Shown here in pieces: positions 26,030-36,949 of a stretch of DNA of 64,000 nucleotides. Below the pieces are notes generated by a model. The model saw only the letters and a list, made by a program, of their open reading frames with translations. It was not told the origin of the DNA and did no database searches. The DNA is from Sphyrna mokarran. Taxonomy: Eukaryota. Position numbers and translations under genes: made by a program. The first letter of the stretch is position 1. Each line of letters starts with the position of its first letter. The stretch spans positions 15,438,001 to 15,502,000 of the forward strand of contig JAGIQG010000004.1 in NCBI GenBank assembly GCA_024679065.1, written 5' to 3'.

Positions 26030-27330
26030 ACTCACTACCATTTTTGGGCTATACACGGGGAATTCCGTCACTTGCAACAAGTAGAATGCAAAGATGGGCA
26101 TTGCTTTTGTCAATACGTTCATACATAATTAAGCACTGACAGTCAGGTCTACATTGTAACACAGATGGACTTTAGGATTGCCATTATCAAGCAATTTATC
26201 GGATTTCTCGAAGGGTATCAGACTACTCTTCTACTTTGCACAAGTAGACAACACATTTGTCACTTCAAGGTAGGTGCCAAAACACAATCGGAGAAATCTT
26301 GAGCTCTTCAAAGTAATGGATATAATTTTACAAGGAAAAAATTTGTAACTACTACTTAATCTGGAACCCTACTACTCCAGGAGATTGGTACAATCAGTAC
26401 AGCCAGGATGTCTTTTATGGAGGTTCAGAGTGATTTTTCTGAGGAAGCAAATGTTAGAGAAGATATATAAGGATTGTTGCAGAGTTGTGTGCTTGAAGAA
26501 AATAGCAAGAAATTATTTCCGGTGGCCTCGACTCGATGTGGAAATTGAGGATAAATCTGTTCTTCTTGTGTGAAGGTAAGAAAACTGCTGTCCTTAGTAC
26601 CATGGGAATAGCCTGACCAGGCTTGGTCGACATGTGCATGTGAATTTTGCATTACCTTTTGAAGAACACATGTTCTTAGTAAAGGTTGACATGACACCAA
26701 ATGGCCAGAGGTCGCTGTTAAACATCTACTTCATCTGAGAAGGCTATTGGGAATCTAGGGTGAGTATTTAGTCAATTTGGATTTCTTAAACAAGTGGTAA
26801 GTAACAATGGACTTCAATTTGTCTTGCAGGAATTTGAGAACTTTCTACAAGAGGATAGTAATAAACACATTACTTCCATTCTGGTACTAGTTGACTAGAG
26901 GAACACTTTATCCAAACCCTGAAACACACCTTGAAAGCAACCAAGGAACAAGTTTGCACATTAAATCCCTTACAAAATTCTTACTGGTCAACCAAAATAG
27001 CACATATTCCATTACCAAGACCTCCCCTTTTCATGATGAAAAGACATCTGTGTTCCACATTCAACTACGAAAACTTCAAACCTTTCAAATACAACTGGGA
27101 GATTGTATTACAGCAACAGCCAGTACAAGTGGAATGGCGGAAGGCAAGGCGGAACACCAAGCTTTCCACCAAGGACAAGGAGTTTCAGCTAGGGAATACT
27201 CCACAGGTTAGAAATGAGTTAATGCTACCATCCTTGCACAGACTGGACTCTCCTTTGTACTGTGCAGATCAGAGATGACATTACCTGGAGTAGACATGCA
27301 GATCAGTTATTGGCTGGAAGAACAGATCTT
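26030..27330 (+). pseudogene. Decayed Ty3/Gypsy LTR-retrotransposon pol (RNase H end to integrase)
   Basis: GIPSLATSRMQRWALLLS, KKIARNYFRWPRLDVEIE, VSNNGLQF..EFENFL, DDITWSRHADQLL motifs; many stops and frameshifts. Confidence 0.85.
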
Positions 27331-28100
27331 CCAAATCTGGAGCCTGTTGGAAATTCAGAATCAGCCTTGCAAAGTCCTGACTTGAACTTGCCTATAACAC
27401 ATACAGTACCAGACATCATTAAGGAAAGCAATACCTCACCTTCTGTTCAGATGCAGAGACAACGTCTAGCTCCTATGTCAATGTTGGTTAAAGCAGTCAC
27501 TGATGACATCAGTGTAAAGAGGAAGATGCCAGAGGTTCACCATCAACTGTTCCAAAAGTGGCAACATCCAGACTGTTTGACTCAGCAATAGGGACTGACT
27601 CAATGGAGAGGAAATTACCCATCCTGCCCATAAGAATGGTAGTGGGCGAGAAATGGATCATGCAAAGATCTGTTGATCTTGGGCAGATTTTCCACTTTCA
27701 GGGAGAAAATGGCTCAAAACCCCATACAATGACTATTGTCGAACTTGTTTTATACTTGTGTTTTTGGACGTTCATTTTAGGCAGGGAAGAAATATTATAT
27801 ATCTGTAATTATTCTAATTGGCTCATGCAGAACAAGCTGCTTGAATGTATGCACTGCAAATGATCTAATCAACATAGTGCAAGAAACAGGAAGAAAAGAA
27901 TCAACCATGGAAGAGATTACAAATCATTAATAAATCTCCGTTCGATTTTAAAACTAAGTCTGTCCTGCGTATCATGTCTCCAATTCACAATAGTATGTGA
28001 GGCTTGTTAAAAAGGATATGAAATATCTGGCTTTATTGAGGAAGGAAGTTATATTAAACCTTTAGAAAACACTGATTAAGCCTCAGCTGGAGTATTGTGT

Positions 28101-28455
28101 TTTTGGCTAATATCGAGTATAGTAATCAAGAGTGGCGCTGGCAATGCTTCTCAGCCTTTTGGCTAAGATCAAGTGTAGTATCGACATGTTATGCTTGGTT
28201 GAAGTCATTAGGTTAAATTTTAGCTTCATTTGAAGCAATTTTTAAAAGCGGCATCTCGACCTTTTGGCTAAGATGTGAATGAGATCAAACCTTGGAGGAG
28301 GAGCTATGCCTACTCCAATCAGCTTGGATTATGTAGCTCAAGCCCAAGCCAGGAGGTGAGAGCCCTCTCTTGTCAGCTTAGATTGGGAATGTCTCAATTT
28401 GTTGAGATTCTGAATTGGACTTGATTTGATCGAATTGAAATAAAAACAAAAAAAA
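28101..28455 (+). mobile_element. U2 snRNA-derived, A-tailed retroposon with three U2 5' modules
   Basis: U2-like at 28101-28124, 28144-28182 and 28252-28274; A-rich tail 28438-28455; TSD-like ATTGTGTT (28094-28101)/ATTGTTTT (28455-28462). Confidence 0.75.
28144..28182 (+). ncRNA. U2 snRNA 5' fragment (nt 1-40), not a full gene
   Basis: AT-GCTTCTCAGCCTTTTGGCTAAGATCAAGTGTAGTATC vs U2 ATCGCTTCTCGGCCTTTTGGCTAAGATCAAGTGTAGTATC (38/40); no Sm site or 3' stems follow. Confidence 0.92.
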
Positions 28456-29605
28456 TTGTTTTCGTACCACACTTTAAGAAGGGTGCCAAGACCTTAGGTT
28501 ACAGAAGGTGTTTATAAGAATTGTATCAAGAGACAAGGGGTTTCAGTTGTGTGAAGAAGGTGGATTGTTATCTTCACTGAAGAGGAGATTTGACAGATGT
28601 GCCCAAAATTCTGAAGGATTGTGCTAGAATAGAGAGGCTGGAATCGCAGATTTAAGACTATTGGCAAAAAAACCATGAGGAAAATTGCTTCAAATCTAGA
28701 GATTTCTTGAGATCTGAAGTAAGGATGAGGGAAGTAGATTCTATGGCATTTTTCAAAAGGATATGGGACAAATGCTAGAAGGTAAAAAATTGTAGAGTTA
28801 GGGAAAGGTCAAAATGAGTGGGATTGACTTAGTTTTCTCTCAGTGAGGCTAACAACACTGCCTTCTCCATACAACTGAAACCCCGTATCCCTGATACAAT
28901 TCTCATAAACATCTTCTGTAACCTAAGGTTTTGGTATCCTTCCTGAAGTGTGATATGAACACAATCCACCAATGATCTCAGCTGGATTTTTACCACCCTG
29001 CCCACCATGGGGAAAAGAATGGGCCAGGGCTGGACAACGGAAAGGCCCATTAATCTCGGGTGGGATTTTATGGTTTCGGGATGAGCCAGGTCATCAAATT
29101 CCATAGACAAATAGACTGCCTGTGCTATCTAATTCTATCACCACTGTCAAAGGAATAAACATTTCCATATAACATGAATGAATTCATTCACGTAATTTAT
29201 GTATTTGAATACCTTCAGCACTCAAGCTGCCTCAAAAGTCATGCAATGGGCTGAGTTTTGGGCTTCCATCAATGTTAGAGATGGACAGGTGTCGCCAGAT
29301 GTGTGCTCTTTCTTCTGTCAGTTTATTTTAAGATTTTCTATTTTTGCAGAGGATTTGAATTTTCCCAACTTGTCAAGAAAGCAAACTCCACACAATTGTT
29401 TGTTTGGAGTACTGACAGGATAAATATACTAATTCATCATAGCTAGTTAAACAACTCCTCCCTGCAGACTGCAAAGATAGAAGAATATGAAGATAGCCCA
29501 GACTTGGTGAATTAAGCCACCAGAAGAATCTAAAGAGGTGGCAGAATGAACAAGAAAACAAATGGGTAAAAATGCAATAAAAGCTTCTTGGGGAAAAAAG
29601 AAAGG

Positions 29606-29810
29606 CTTGCACTTATAAAGCACATTGCTTGATTTCAGGATATCCCAGTATTGCTTTCAACCAATGAAATATTTTTGAAGTGTGACCACATGTGTGATAT
29701 AGCTAATATGTGCACAGAAAATTCCCACAAATCGTAATGTTACAATGGCCAGATAATCTGTTTTAATAACATTGATTAAATGATAAACAGTGATCAGATC
29801 ACCAGGAATC
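29606..29810 (-). mobile_element. Deu-domain SINE (SacSINE1/AmnSINE-like) 3' part
   Basis: cttgcacttataaagcac..ccaatgaa..tttgaagtgt..cccacaaa..ccagataatctgtttt matches the recalled reverse DeuSINE 3' region; plus-strand piece at ~30140-30245. Confidence 0.65.
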
Positions 29811-29845
29811 CCATCTTCTCTGTCGGGTGGATGTAAAGTTAAATT

Positions 29846-30103
29846 GTTAGTCATAAGTAAGCCTTACATTAATACTGCAATGAAGTTACTGTGAAATTTC
29901 CTTAGTTGTCACACTATGGCACTTGTTCAATGCACCTAACCAGCACTTCTTACTGACAGTGGGAGGAAACTGGGGCATCCAGAGGAAACCCACGCAGACA
30001 TGGGGAGAATGTGCAAACTCAATACAGACAATGCCCCAAGCTGGGAATCAAACCCGGGTCGAACCTGTGAGGCAGCAGTGCTAACTACTGTGCCACTATA
30101 CCG
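29846..30103 (-). mobile_element. HE1-like SINE, alternative tail
   Basis: Reverse tail, V-domain, head. Confidence 0.85.
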
Positions 30104-30506
30104 TCTATATGTAAAAAATGCCGTGGTATTATTTTGAATAAGAACAAGGGAGTTATGTCCATGGTGCTGGCCAATATTGATCCCTTATTCAGAATGAATA
30201 TAAGAAATGGTCTGGTCATTATCACATTGCTGTTGTGGGAGATTTAGGACCTGAAAAATGCTGGAATTTCACTAATCCCCAGTACCTCCTGTCTTTGCAG
30301 TCTTCAGGGAGAAGTTGTTTACCCAGCTATGGTAAATTAGTATATTTATCCTATCGATACTCTAAACAAAAAATTGGGTAGAGTTTGCTTTCTTGACAAG
30401 TTGGGAAAATCCGCATCCTGTGCAAAAATAGAAAATCTTAGAATAAACTGGCAGAAGAAAGAGCACACAGCTGGAGACATTAATACCACTGATTTTTTTT
30501 TTACAA

Positions 30507-30841
30507 TTTATTACTGTTACAAGTAGACTTAAATTGACACTACAATGAAGTTACTGTTAAAATTCTCTAGTTCCCATATTCTGGCACCTGTTCGGATATA
30601 CAGACGGAGAGTTTAGCTTGACCATGCACCTAACCGGTACACCTTTCGGAAGTCCCAGTCAGCACTTGCAGATTCTGAAATTCCCTTCCCTTCCTTCCCT
30701 TTCAAGCACTTGAAGGAAATCCACGCAGACACGAGGAGAATGTGCAGATTCCGCATAGACAGTACCCCAATTTGGGAATTGAACCCCACTGCCTGGCACT
30801 GTGAGGCAGCAGAGCTAACTTGTGTGCCACCATGCTGTCCC
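30507..30841 (-). mobile_element. HE1-like SINE, alternative tail, with 50-bp foreign insert
   Basis: V-domain interrupted at 30648-30697. Confidence 0.8.
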
Positions 30842-31330
30842 TTAAGTTTCACATTAATCTACTACTGCCAAATCTCAACCCCACTTCTCCTCCACCCTAC
30901 AATCAGAATTATTTTGTGTATCGCTTCAAATTCTGGACTCCCATCTCACAGTGTTCCTAAATTCTGCACTCTCCTGAAGGCAATATGCAATTTTGGACTA
31001 ATGCTTCTGGATTTTGCAACTCTGCACTCCTGAGTTTCCAGATTCCCAGGTCATCTCCAGTGTTTTTAAGTGACAACCGGCTGTACTCCCAAATACCAGG
31101 AAGTCCCAATCAGCAGTTGCAGATTCTGGAATTCCCTTCCCTTCCTTCGTTTGCACTCTGGGTCCTTCTCCCAGTGTTTTTAGAACTGATATGTCTGCCA
31201 GTGCATCAATCCTATAGTGGTTTCATTGTAACAACTTGGAATCATTGAATAGAATCATAGAAACCCTACAATGTAAAAAGAGGCCATTCAGCCCATTTAG
31301 TTTGACTGACTATCTGATAGAGTACCTTAC

Positions 31331-31529
31331 AATGTGGAGTTGTTGTGTGTGGGACTGGAGTAGGCACAGTAAGTAGTCTCATAAAACCACGTTAGAATCC
31401 AACAAATTCATTCGGTAGCACGAGTTTTTTGGAGTCCTGCTCCTTCATCAGGCACTCACCTGATGAAGGAGCAGGACTCCAAAAACTCATGCTACCAAAT
31501 AAACCTGTTGGACTCTAACCTAATGTTTC
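31331..31529 (-). mobile_element. Palindromic Penelope-derived mini-element with hammerhead motifs
   Basis: IR arms 31391-31452/31459-31519; TSD GAGTACCTTAC (31320-31330)/GAGTATCTTAC (31530-31540); inserted in an HE1 tail. Confidence 0.75.
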
Positions 31530-31576
31530 GAGTATCTTACCTGGGTCCTTTCCCCCGTCCTATTTTCATAACCATT

Positions 31577-31683
31577 GGGCGTGATCCTACCTGCTGTTCG
31601 TGGCATGCTCCTGCAGTGAGGATGGAGGATTTGGCAGTTAGCCAAATCTCCATTCAGTGCAGCAGAATGGGAAAGTTCTGGCC
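31577..31683. mobile_element. MITE (subfamily B) with ATT TSD
   Basis: ATT|GGGCGTGATC...GTTCTGGCC|ATT; related copies at 34011-34144, 57607-57735, ~23753-23890. Confidence 0.6.
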
Positions 31684-33102
31684 ATTGTTTGTGCATGTTT
31701 ATCTTGCATCCATTACATCTCGCACCACTTCAGCTGACTGGTGTTTTTTGTCAATGCGAATGGGTGTATTTAACTTGACAGATCGTTTTGACTTAAAACA
31801 AAAAACCCTTTCAGCAGAAACAAAAACTCAAAGCCCGTTGTGCTTTCGTAAGTGACTGGAAATGATTCTCAGTTGGAAAAGCGGTAGAATTTGCGAGATT
31901 GCAGCCATCAAGGTTATTTAGCAGAAAACACATGAAATGCCATTTGGGCTGACTTACAAATTGGCTTAACACTCCAATAGCATGAATGATCTACCTGCAT
32001 TCATATAAGTTTTAGAACCTTTCAATGAGTAGCAACAGTGCAAGTAAAATAATTGTTGTCTGCTAAGCTCAGAATGATATATCTTTCTCCTAACAGCTAG
32101 ATTGTTACCTAATCAAAGTGTCTTTGATGTAAATATGACAACTGACATAGCTGACAGCCTCAGTAACACTCAAAATGCAAACTTTTCTCAAGTTTGTTTG
32201 GACCTCCTGGAGATTGAACTATGTGACTTAAGCATGAAAGAGAAAACTCCATTAAAACCAACTGCGTGATATTTGACATTTAAATTCACCCAACCACCAA
32301 GATCAAAGATCCCTGAGTTCATTTCAAATTCAGGCCAACATTTCTTTTTAAGGATCGTTATAATAGACTTGGTTATCACAGTGTAAGGTATGCATTCCAA
32401 TATCCTTTACAGTTTGTGGAAATTTACAAAAGGCACATTCCTTTGTTCAGTGTTAGGTTAATAAAACACTTGTACGTATCTTCTAACCAGAGTTTGTCAG
32501 GTTCCTACAGTATAATTTTTTTTTATTCGTGCAACGGATGTAAAGATTATTTCCTTCCCCACCACTTCTACCAACCATTTTGAGTAAGCTATGATGTAAC
32601 TGTAATTCCTTGTTCTCTGGTTGTTGGATTTCTGATGGAAAATAGGACATAAGGTGCAACACTAAAGATGAATATCAAAATAGTTTTATTAAACATCAGA
32701 CAGGTGGAAAATGCTGCTTTGGGCTCTTGTCACTTTTGGTAGGACTTCTAACACTAAGAAATGCGGAGGCAGCAAATGTATGGGGCACAAAAGAACTTAG
32801 AATTCTACAGGATGGTACATACCACCCCAAGATGAATATATACTTCTTTCTTTCTGGATTAAAATCCAGGAAATTTCTATCTAATAGCACAGTGTGAGTA
32901 TCTTCACCATGTGGGTTACAGCAGTTCAGAATAAACTAGCTCACCACCATCTCTTCATGAGCATCCAGGAATGAAAAGAGATTGCAAGTATGGTATATGC
33001 CAGAAATGAATAGAACTAAATACAATTTGTGATTTTAAATTAAAATCTACAATTTTATGCTAAGATGTTCAATATTAGCTGTCAATTTCTTCTTATATTG
33101 AT

Positions 33103-33413
33103 CATAGAATTCCTACTGTGCAAAGGAGGCCACTCAGCCCATTGAGTCTGCACCGAACACAATACTATCCAGTCCATAGCCCCATAACCTCACGTATTTA
33201 TCCTAACTAGCCTCTCTGATACTAAGGGGCAATCTAGCATTGCCAATACACTTAACCCACACATCTTTGGATTGTAGGAGGAAGCAGGAGCACCCAGAAG
33301 AAACCCACACAGACATGGGGAGAATGTGCAAACTCCACACCGACAGTGACCCAAGCCGGGAATTGAACGTTGCTCTTTGGTGCTGTGAGACGCAGTGCTA
33401 ACCACTGTGCCAC
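33103..33413 (-). mobile_element. HE1 V-SINE, CR1-type tail
   Basis: catagaattcctac.gtgca tail, V-domain, head. Confidence 0.88.
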
Positions 33414-34519
33414 TGATGTGTAAGTCATGACAAAGGCACCAAGGGTAAAAATCTGACAATCTCACTTTGGTGGTTGCTGGTAGCTTAAGACTGGAAATAA
33501 TTACATGAACTTTTAGTTAGCATATGATCAAATCCAATGTGTTATCCATGGCTTAATAAATGATAACACATTTTACTTCCCAACATTTTTGGTTCTATGG
33601 GACCAATTATATTTTAGGTTTTTGGGTTTTTTCACTAAGGAAATTCATAGAACCCCGCAACAAAGAAACTGGGATTTTATAGCCACACTTGCCCCAAAAC
33701 TGGAAATCCCTCTTGAGATAAATGGACCTTTGCATGATCCATTCCCTGTCCACTACTATTTCTGTGTTGAGCTGGACAGGAAAGATCCCCCCGGAGATTT
33801 TATTTTCTCTTACTTCTCTACCTCTCTCCCAAACATATGCACTCTTGAGCACAAGTATTCGCTGGTATAATTGCCAACAGCTTGATGTTGCCAACTTAAA
33901 CTTCATTGAAGATGATTTTTGTTCTGGTAATGTTTGATATTAATAATGGTACCACGCATGATAATCAATACTTTATAATACATGTTATTAGAACGGTATA
34001 TGGCTCACATGTCAGAATTTTCTGGGCTCACATGTTACACTATCACTGCCAATGAGAATAAAGAATTTGGTGCTCAGCCAAACTCCATTTATTGCAGCGG
34101 GACTGGAAAATCCCAGCCACAGGCAAGGTTGAAGATTTCTGGCCATAATGTTGTGATGTAAATGATGGCAAAATGATGTGACTGTGTAAATAGTGGAAGG
34201 TATTGGGATGAAAGCAGCACTCATGTAATCACCTAAATCGACTCTACACATATTATTTAATCGAGCAATTCTGACTGAATCATAGAATTATAGAATCCCG
34301 ACTGTGCAGAAGGAGACCATATGGCCCATTGAGTTTGCACTGACCACAATTTAACCCGCCTCATCCCTGTGACCCCAGATATTGACCCTGCTAGAACTCC
34401 CTGATGCTAACTGACAATTTAGCATGCCCATTTACATTTGTCTGCCTCTATTTGATCCTATAATAAAATAAAATTGAATTGCATAGTCACCAATGTCCAA
34501 AGTTATGAAAAGAAATGGA

Positions 34520-35935
34520 TAAAAACAAATTACTGCAGATGCTGGAATCTGAAACCAAAAGAGAAAATACTGGAAAATCTCAGCAGAACTAACAATATCT
34601 ATAAGGAAAGAAAAGAGCTGATATTTCAAGTCCAGATGATCCTTTACCAATGTTAAAAGGTCTCAAAAGTAGAAGATAGTTATATTGCAGGGTGGTGAAT
34701 GAAAGATGAATCATAGCCATAAAAACAAGGGGGAAAGGCTGCTAATGGCAGCCCATAGAGAACACAAAAGGTGTGAATGGCCAAATGGCAGAGAAGTTGA
34801 AATCAGATGGTAAACTGTGGTGGTGGGAGGAAAGCGGGTGAGAAAGAGATAAAATTGAGAATAAAAGGAGAAAGAGAGAGAAAAGGTGAGAAAAGGGAGA
34901 AGAGAATAGGGAAAGAAAAGTGGGGAGGAGAAGAAAAATAAAGATATTCAAGAAAGAAATAAAAGGCAGAGAACAGTTAAAAATGAAATGAAATGAAAAC
35001 AAAGGAGTCAAGGTGAAATAGAGTGAATCATCTGAAGTTACTAATTTGATGTTGAGATTGGAAGGCTGTAAAATACTTCGCTGGAAGATGAGATGCTGTT
35101 CCTCCAGTTTGTGTTGAGCTTCACTGAGATATTGTAGCAAACCAAGGACAGATATGTGGGCACAGGAGCAGGATCATGTTATAAAATGGCAAGCAAGTGG
35201 AAGGTCAGGGTCATGATTGCTTTACTGAGCACCTTCAGTCTGTGTGCAATCACCCAGTCTATACTTGGTCTCTCCCATATAGAGGACACTATAGTGGGAG
35301 AAGTGAATACAATACACCAAATTGAAAGAGGTGCAAATAAAATGCTGCTTAACTGAAAATGAGTGTTTTGGACATTGGATGGTGAGCATAGAAGAGATAA
35401 AGGGGCAAAAGTTGCACATTTTGTGATTGCATGGGAAAGTGCCATGAATGGTGGGAGAGGTGTTGGGTATAGTGAAGGAGTCAACTAGGTTATCCCGGAG
35501 GGAGTGGTCTCTGTGGAATGCTAACAGAGGGAGTGAAGGGAAGATGTGTTTGGTAGTGGCACCCACTGGAAGTGGTGAAAATGCAGAGTCTAATGGGATG
35601 AAATGTGAGAAAAGGGGATTTCTATCCTTGTTCTGGGAGGGAGTGGAGGGGTTGAGGGTTGTGGTGCAGGAGATGGACTGCACGCTGTTGAGGGCCCTTC
35701 GACACGTCTGGGTGGGAAACCACAGTTGAGGAAGAAGGATCACATTAGAATCCCCACTTTAGAAAATGGCATCATTGGATCAAATGTGATGGAAGCAAAG
35801 GACCTGAGAGAAAGGAATAGAATCCTTACAGGATATAGGGGCAAGGAGTTATGATCCAGATAGCTGAGGGAGTCAGTGGGCTTGTAATGGATATGGATAG
35901 ATAGTCTACTGTTGGAAATGGAGACAGAAAGGCCA
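34520..35935 (-). mobile_element. Decayed Penelope-like retroelement (RT end, GIY-YIG endonuclease, pLTR)
   Basis: IHYKPTDSLSYLD; FICTSFNLVYCIHFSHYSVLYMGETKYRLGD (GIY-YIG); KLEEQHLIF; degraded hammerhead at ~34615-34650. Confidence 0.88.
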
Positions 35936-36217
35936 AGGAAAAAATAGAAATGGACTTTTTCTGCAACAAGAGAAAATAGCATAGATACCTTTAAGGGGAA
36001 ATCACATACACATTAGGAATAAAGGAATGGAAGGCCATGCAGAAAGAGTTAGAAAAGAGAGCTTGGAGAAGGCTTGTGTAGAACATAAAGGTCAGAACAA
36101 GGTATGAATGTTTCATTCAATCACTTTATTTTAATAGCTTTGGTAAGTTTTGCACTCAGCTTCTGAATATCAATCTGGTGAATCATAAATGCCAGTCACT
36201 TCAAGTAGTGTCATCAT

Positions 36218-36465
36218 AGAACAATAGAACATAGAACATAGAACACTACAGCACAAACAGGCCCTTCGGCCCACATGTTGTGCCGATCATATCTATACCT
36301 ATCAGGCCATAGAACTATCTGTTACTCCTAATCCTATTAAATCCCATGTATTCATCCAGAAATCTCTTAAAAGACTCCAGCGAGTTCACCTCTACCAACA
36401 CTGATGGCAACCGATTCCATTCACTCACCACCCTCTGAGTGAAAAACTTACCTCTAACATCTCCA
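36218..36465 (-). mobile_element. Young CR1 3' end
   Basis: GDVRGKFFTQRVVSEWNRLP; (TAGAACA)n tail. Confidence 0.9.
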
Positions 36466-36525
36466 TTGGCTAATATAATTAGACTTATCACACCTAAATG
36501 TGTTGCCTGCATTACAATAATGTTA

Positions 36526-36829
36526 AGAACTCAGTAAGAATTTAGCAACACCAATTATTAATCCAACCGATTTATTTGATAGTAAAAAAGCGAGCTTTCA
36601 TCACTCCCGTGTCTTCATCAGGCAAGTGCAGTGTTCTGGTCTGCAATCTCTGACTGTCTGTGCTGATGTGTGCTATTGCAGACCAGAACACTGCACTTGC
36701 CTGATGAAGACACGGGAGTGTTGAAAGCTCGCTATTTTACTATCAAATAAATCGGTTGGATTAATAATTGGTGTTGCTAAATTTTTACTGAGTTCTTACC
36801 ACTCCAATCCAACGCCGGCATCTTTACAT
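36526..36829 (+). mobile_element. Palindromic Penelope-derived mini-element with intact hammerhead core
   Basis: 124-bp IR 36524-36647/36675-36798 (3 mismatches); 16-bp TSD CATTACAATAATGTTA at 36510-36525 and 36830-36845. Confidence 0.85.
36699..36732 (+). ncRNA. Minimal type I hammerhead ribozyme motif
   Basis: GC-CUGAUGA-A-GACAC(GGGA)GUGUU-GAAA-GCUC-GC: core boxes, GNRA-capped stem II, palindromic AGCU stem III. Confidence 0.7.
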
Positions 36830-36949
36830 CATTACAATAATGTTATGCAGACAGCAACTTGGGTGAACAACTAAATGAAATGAGGAAGCTTTCATGCACT
36901 TCCCTCGTTTATATAAGAAAGTAGCTGAAACTAAAGTTGATTTATTTCT

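Larger units (their letters stand above)
27990..28830 (+). mobile_element. Old CR1 3' fragment split by the U2-derived insertion
   Basis: aaacactgattaagcctcagctggagtattgtg before the insertion, ccacactttaagaagg after it. Confidence 0.75.

Noticed and set aside
28144-28330. Functional U2 snRNA gene
   Set aside because: Homology stops at nt 40; no Sm site, no 3' stem-loops, no upstream PSE context (sits within a CR1)
36524-36798. miRNA precursor or TIR DNA transposon
   Set aside because: Asymmetric tail, 16-bp TSD and homology to Penelope pLTR fragments indicate a retroelement product
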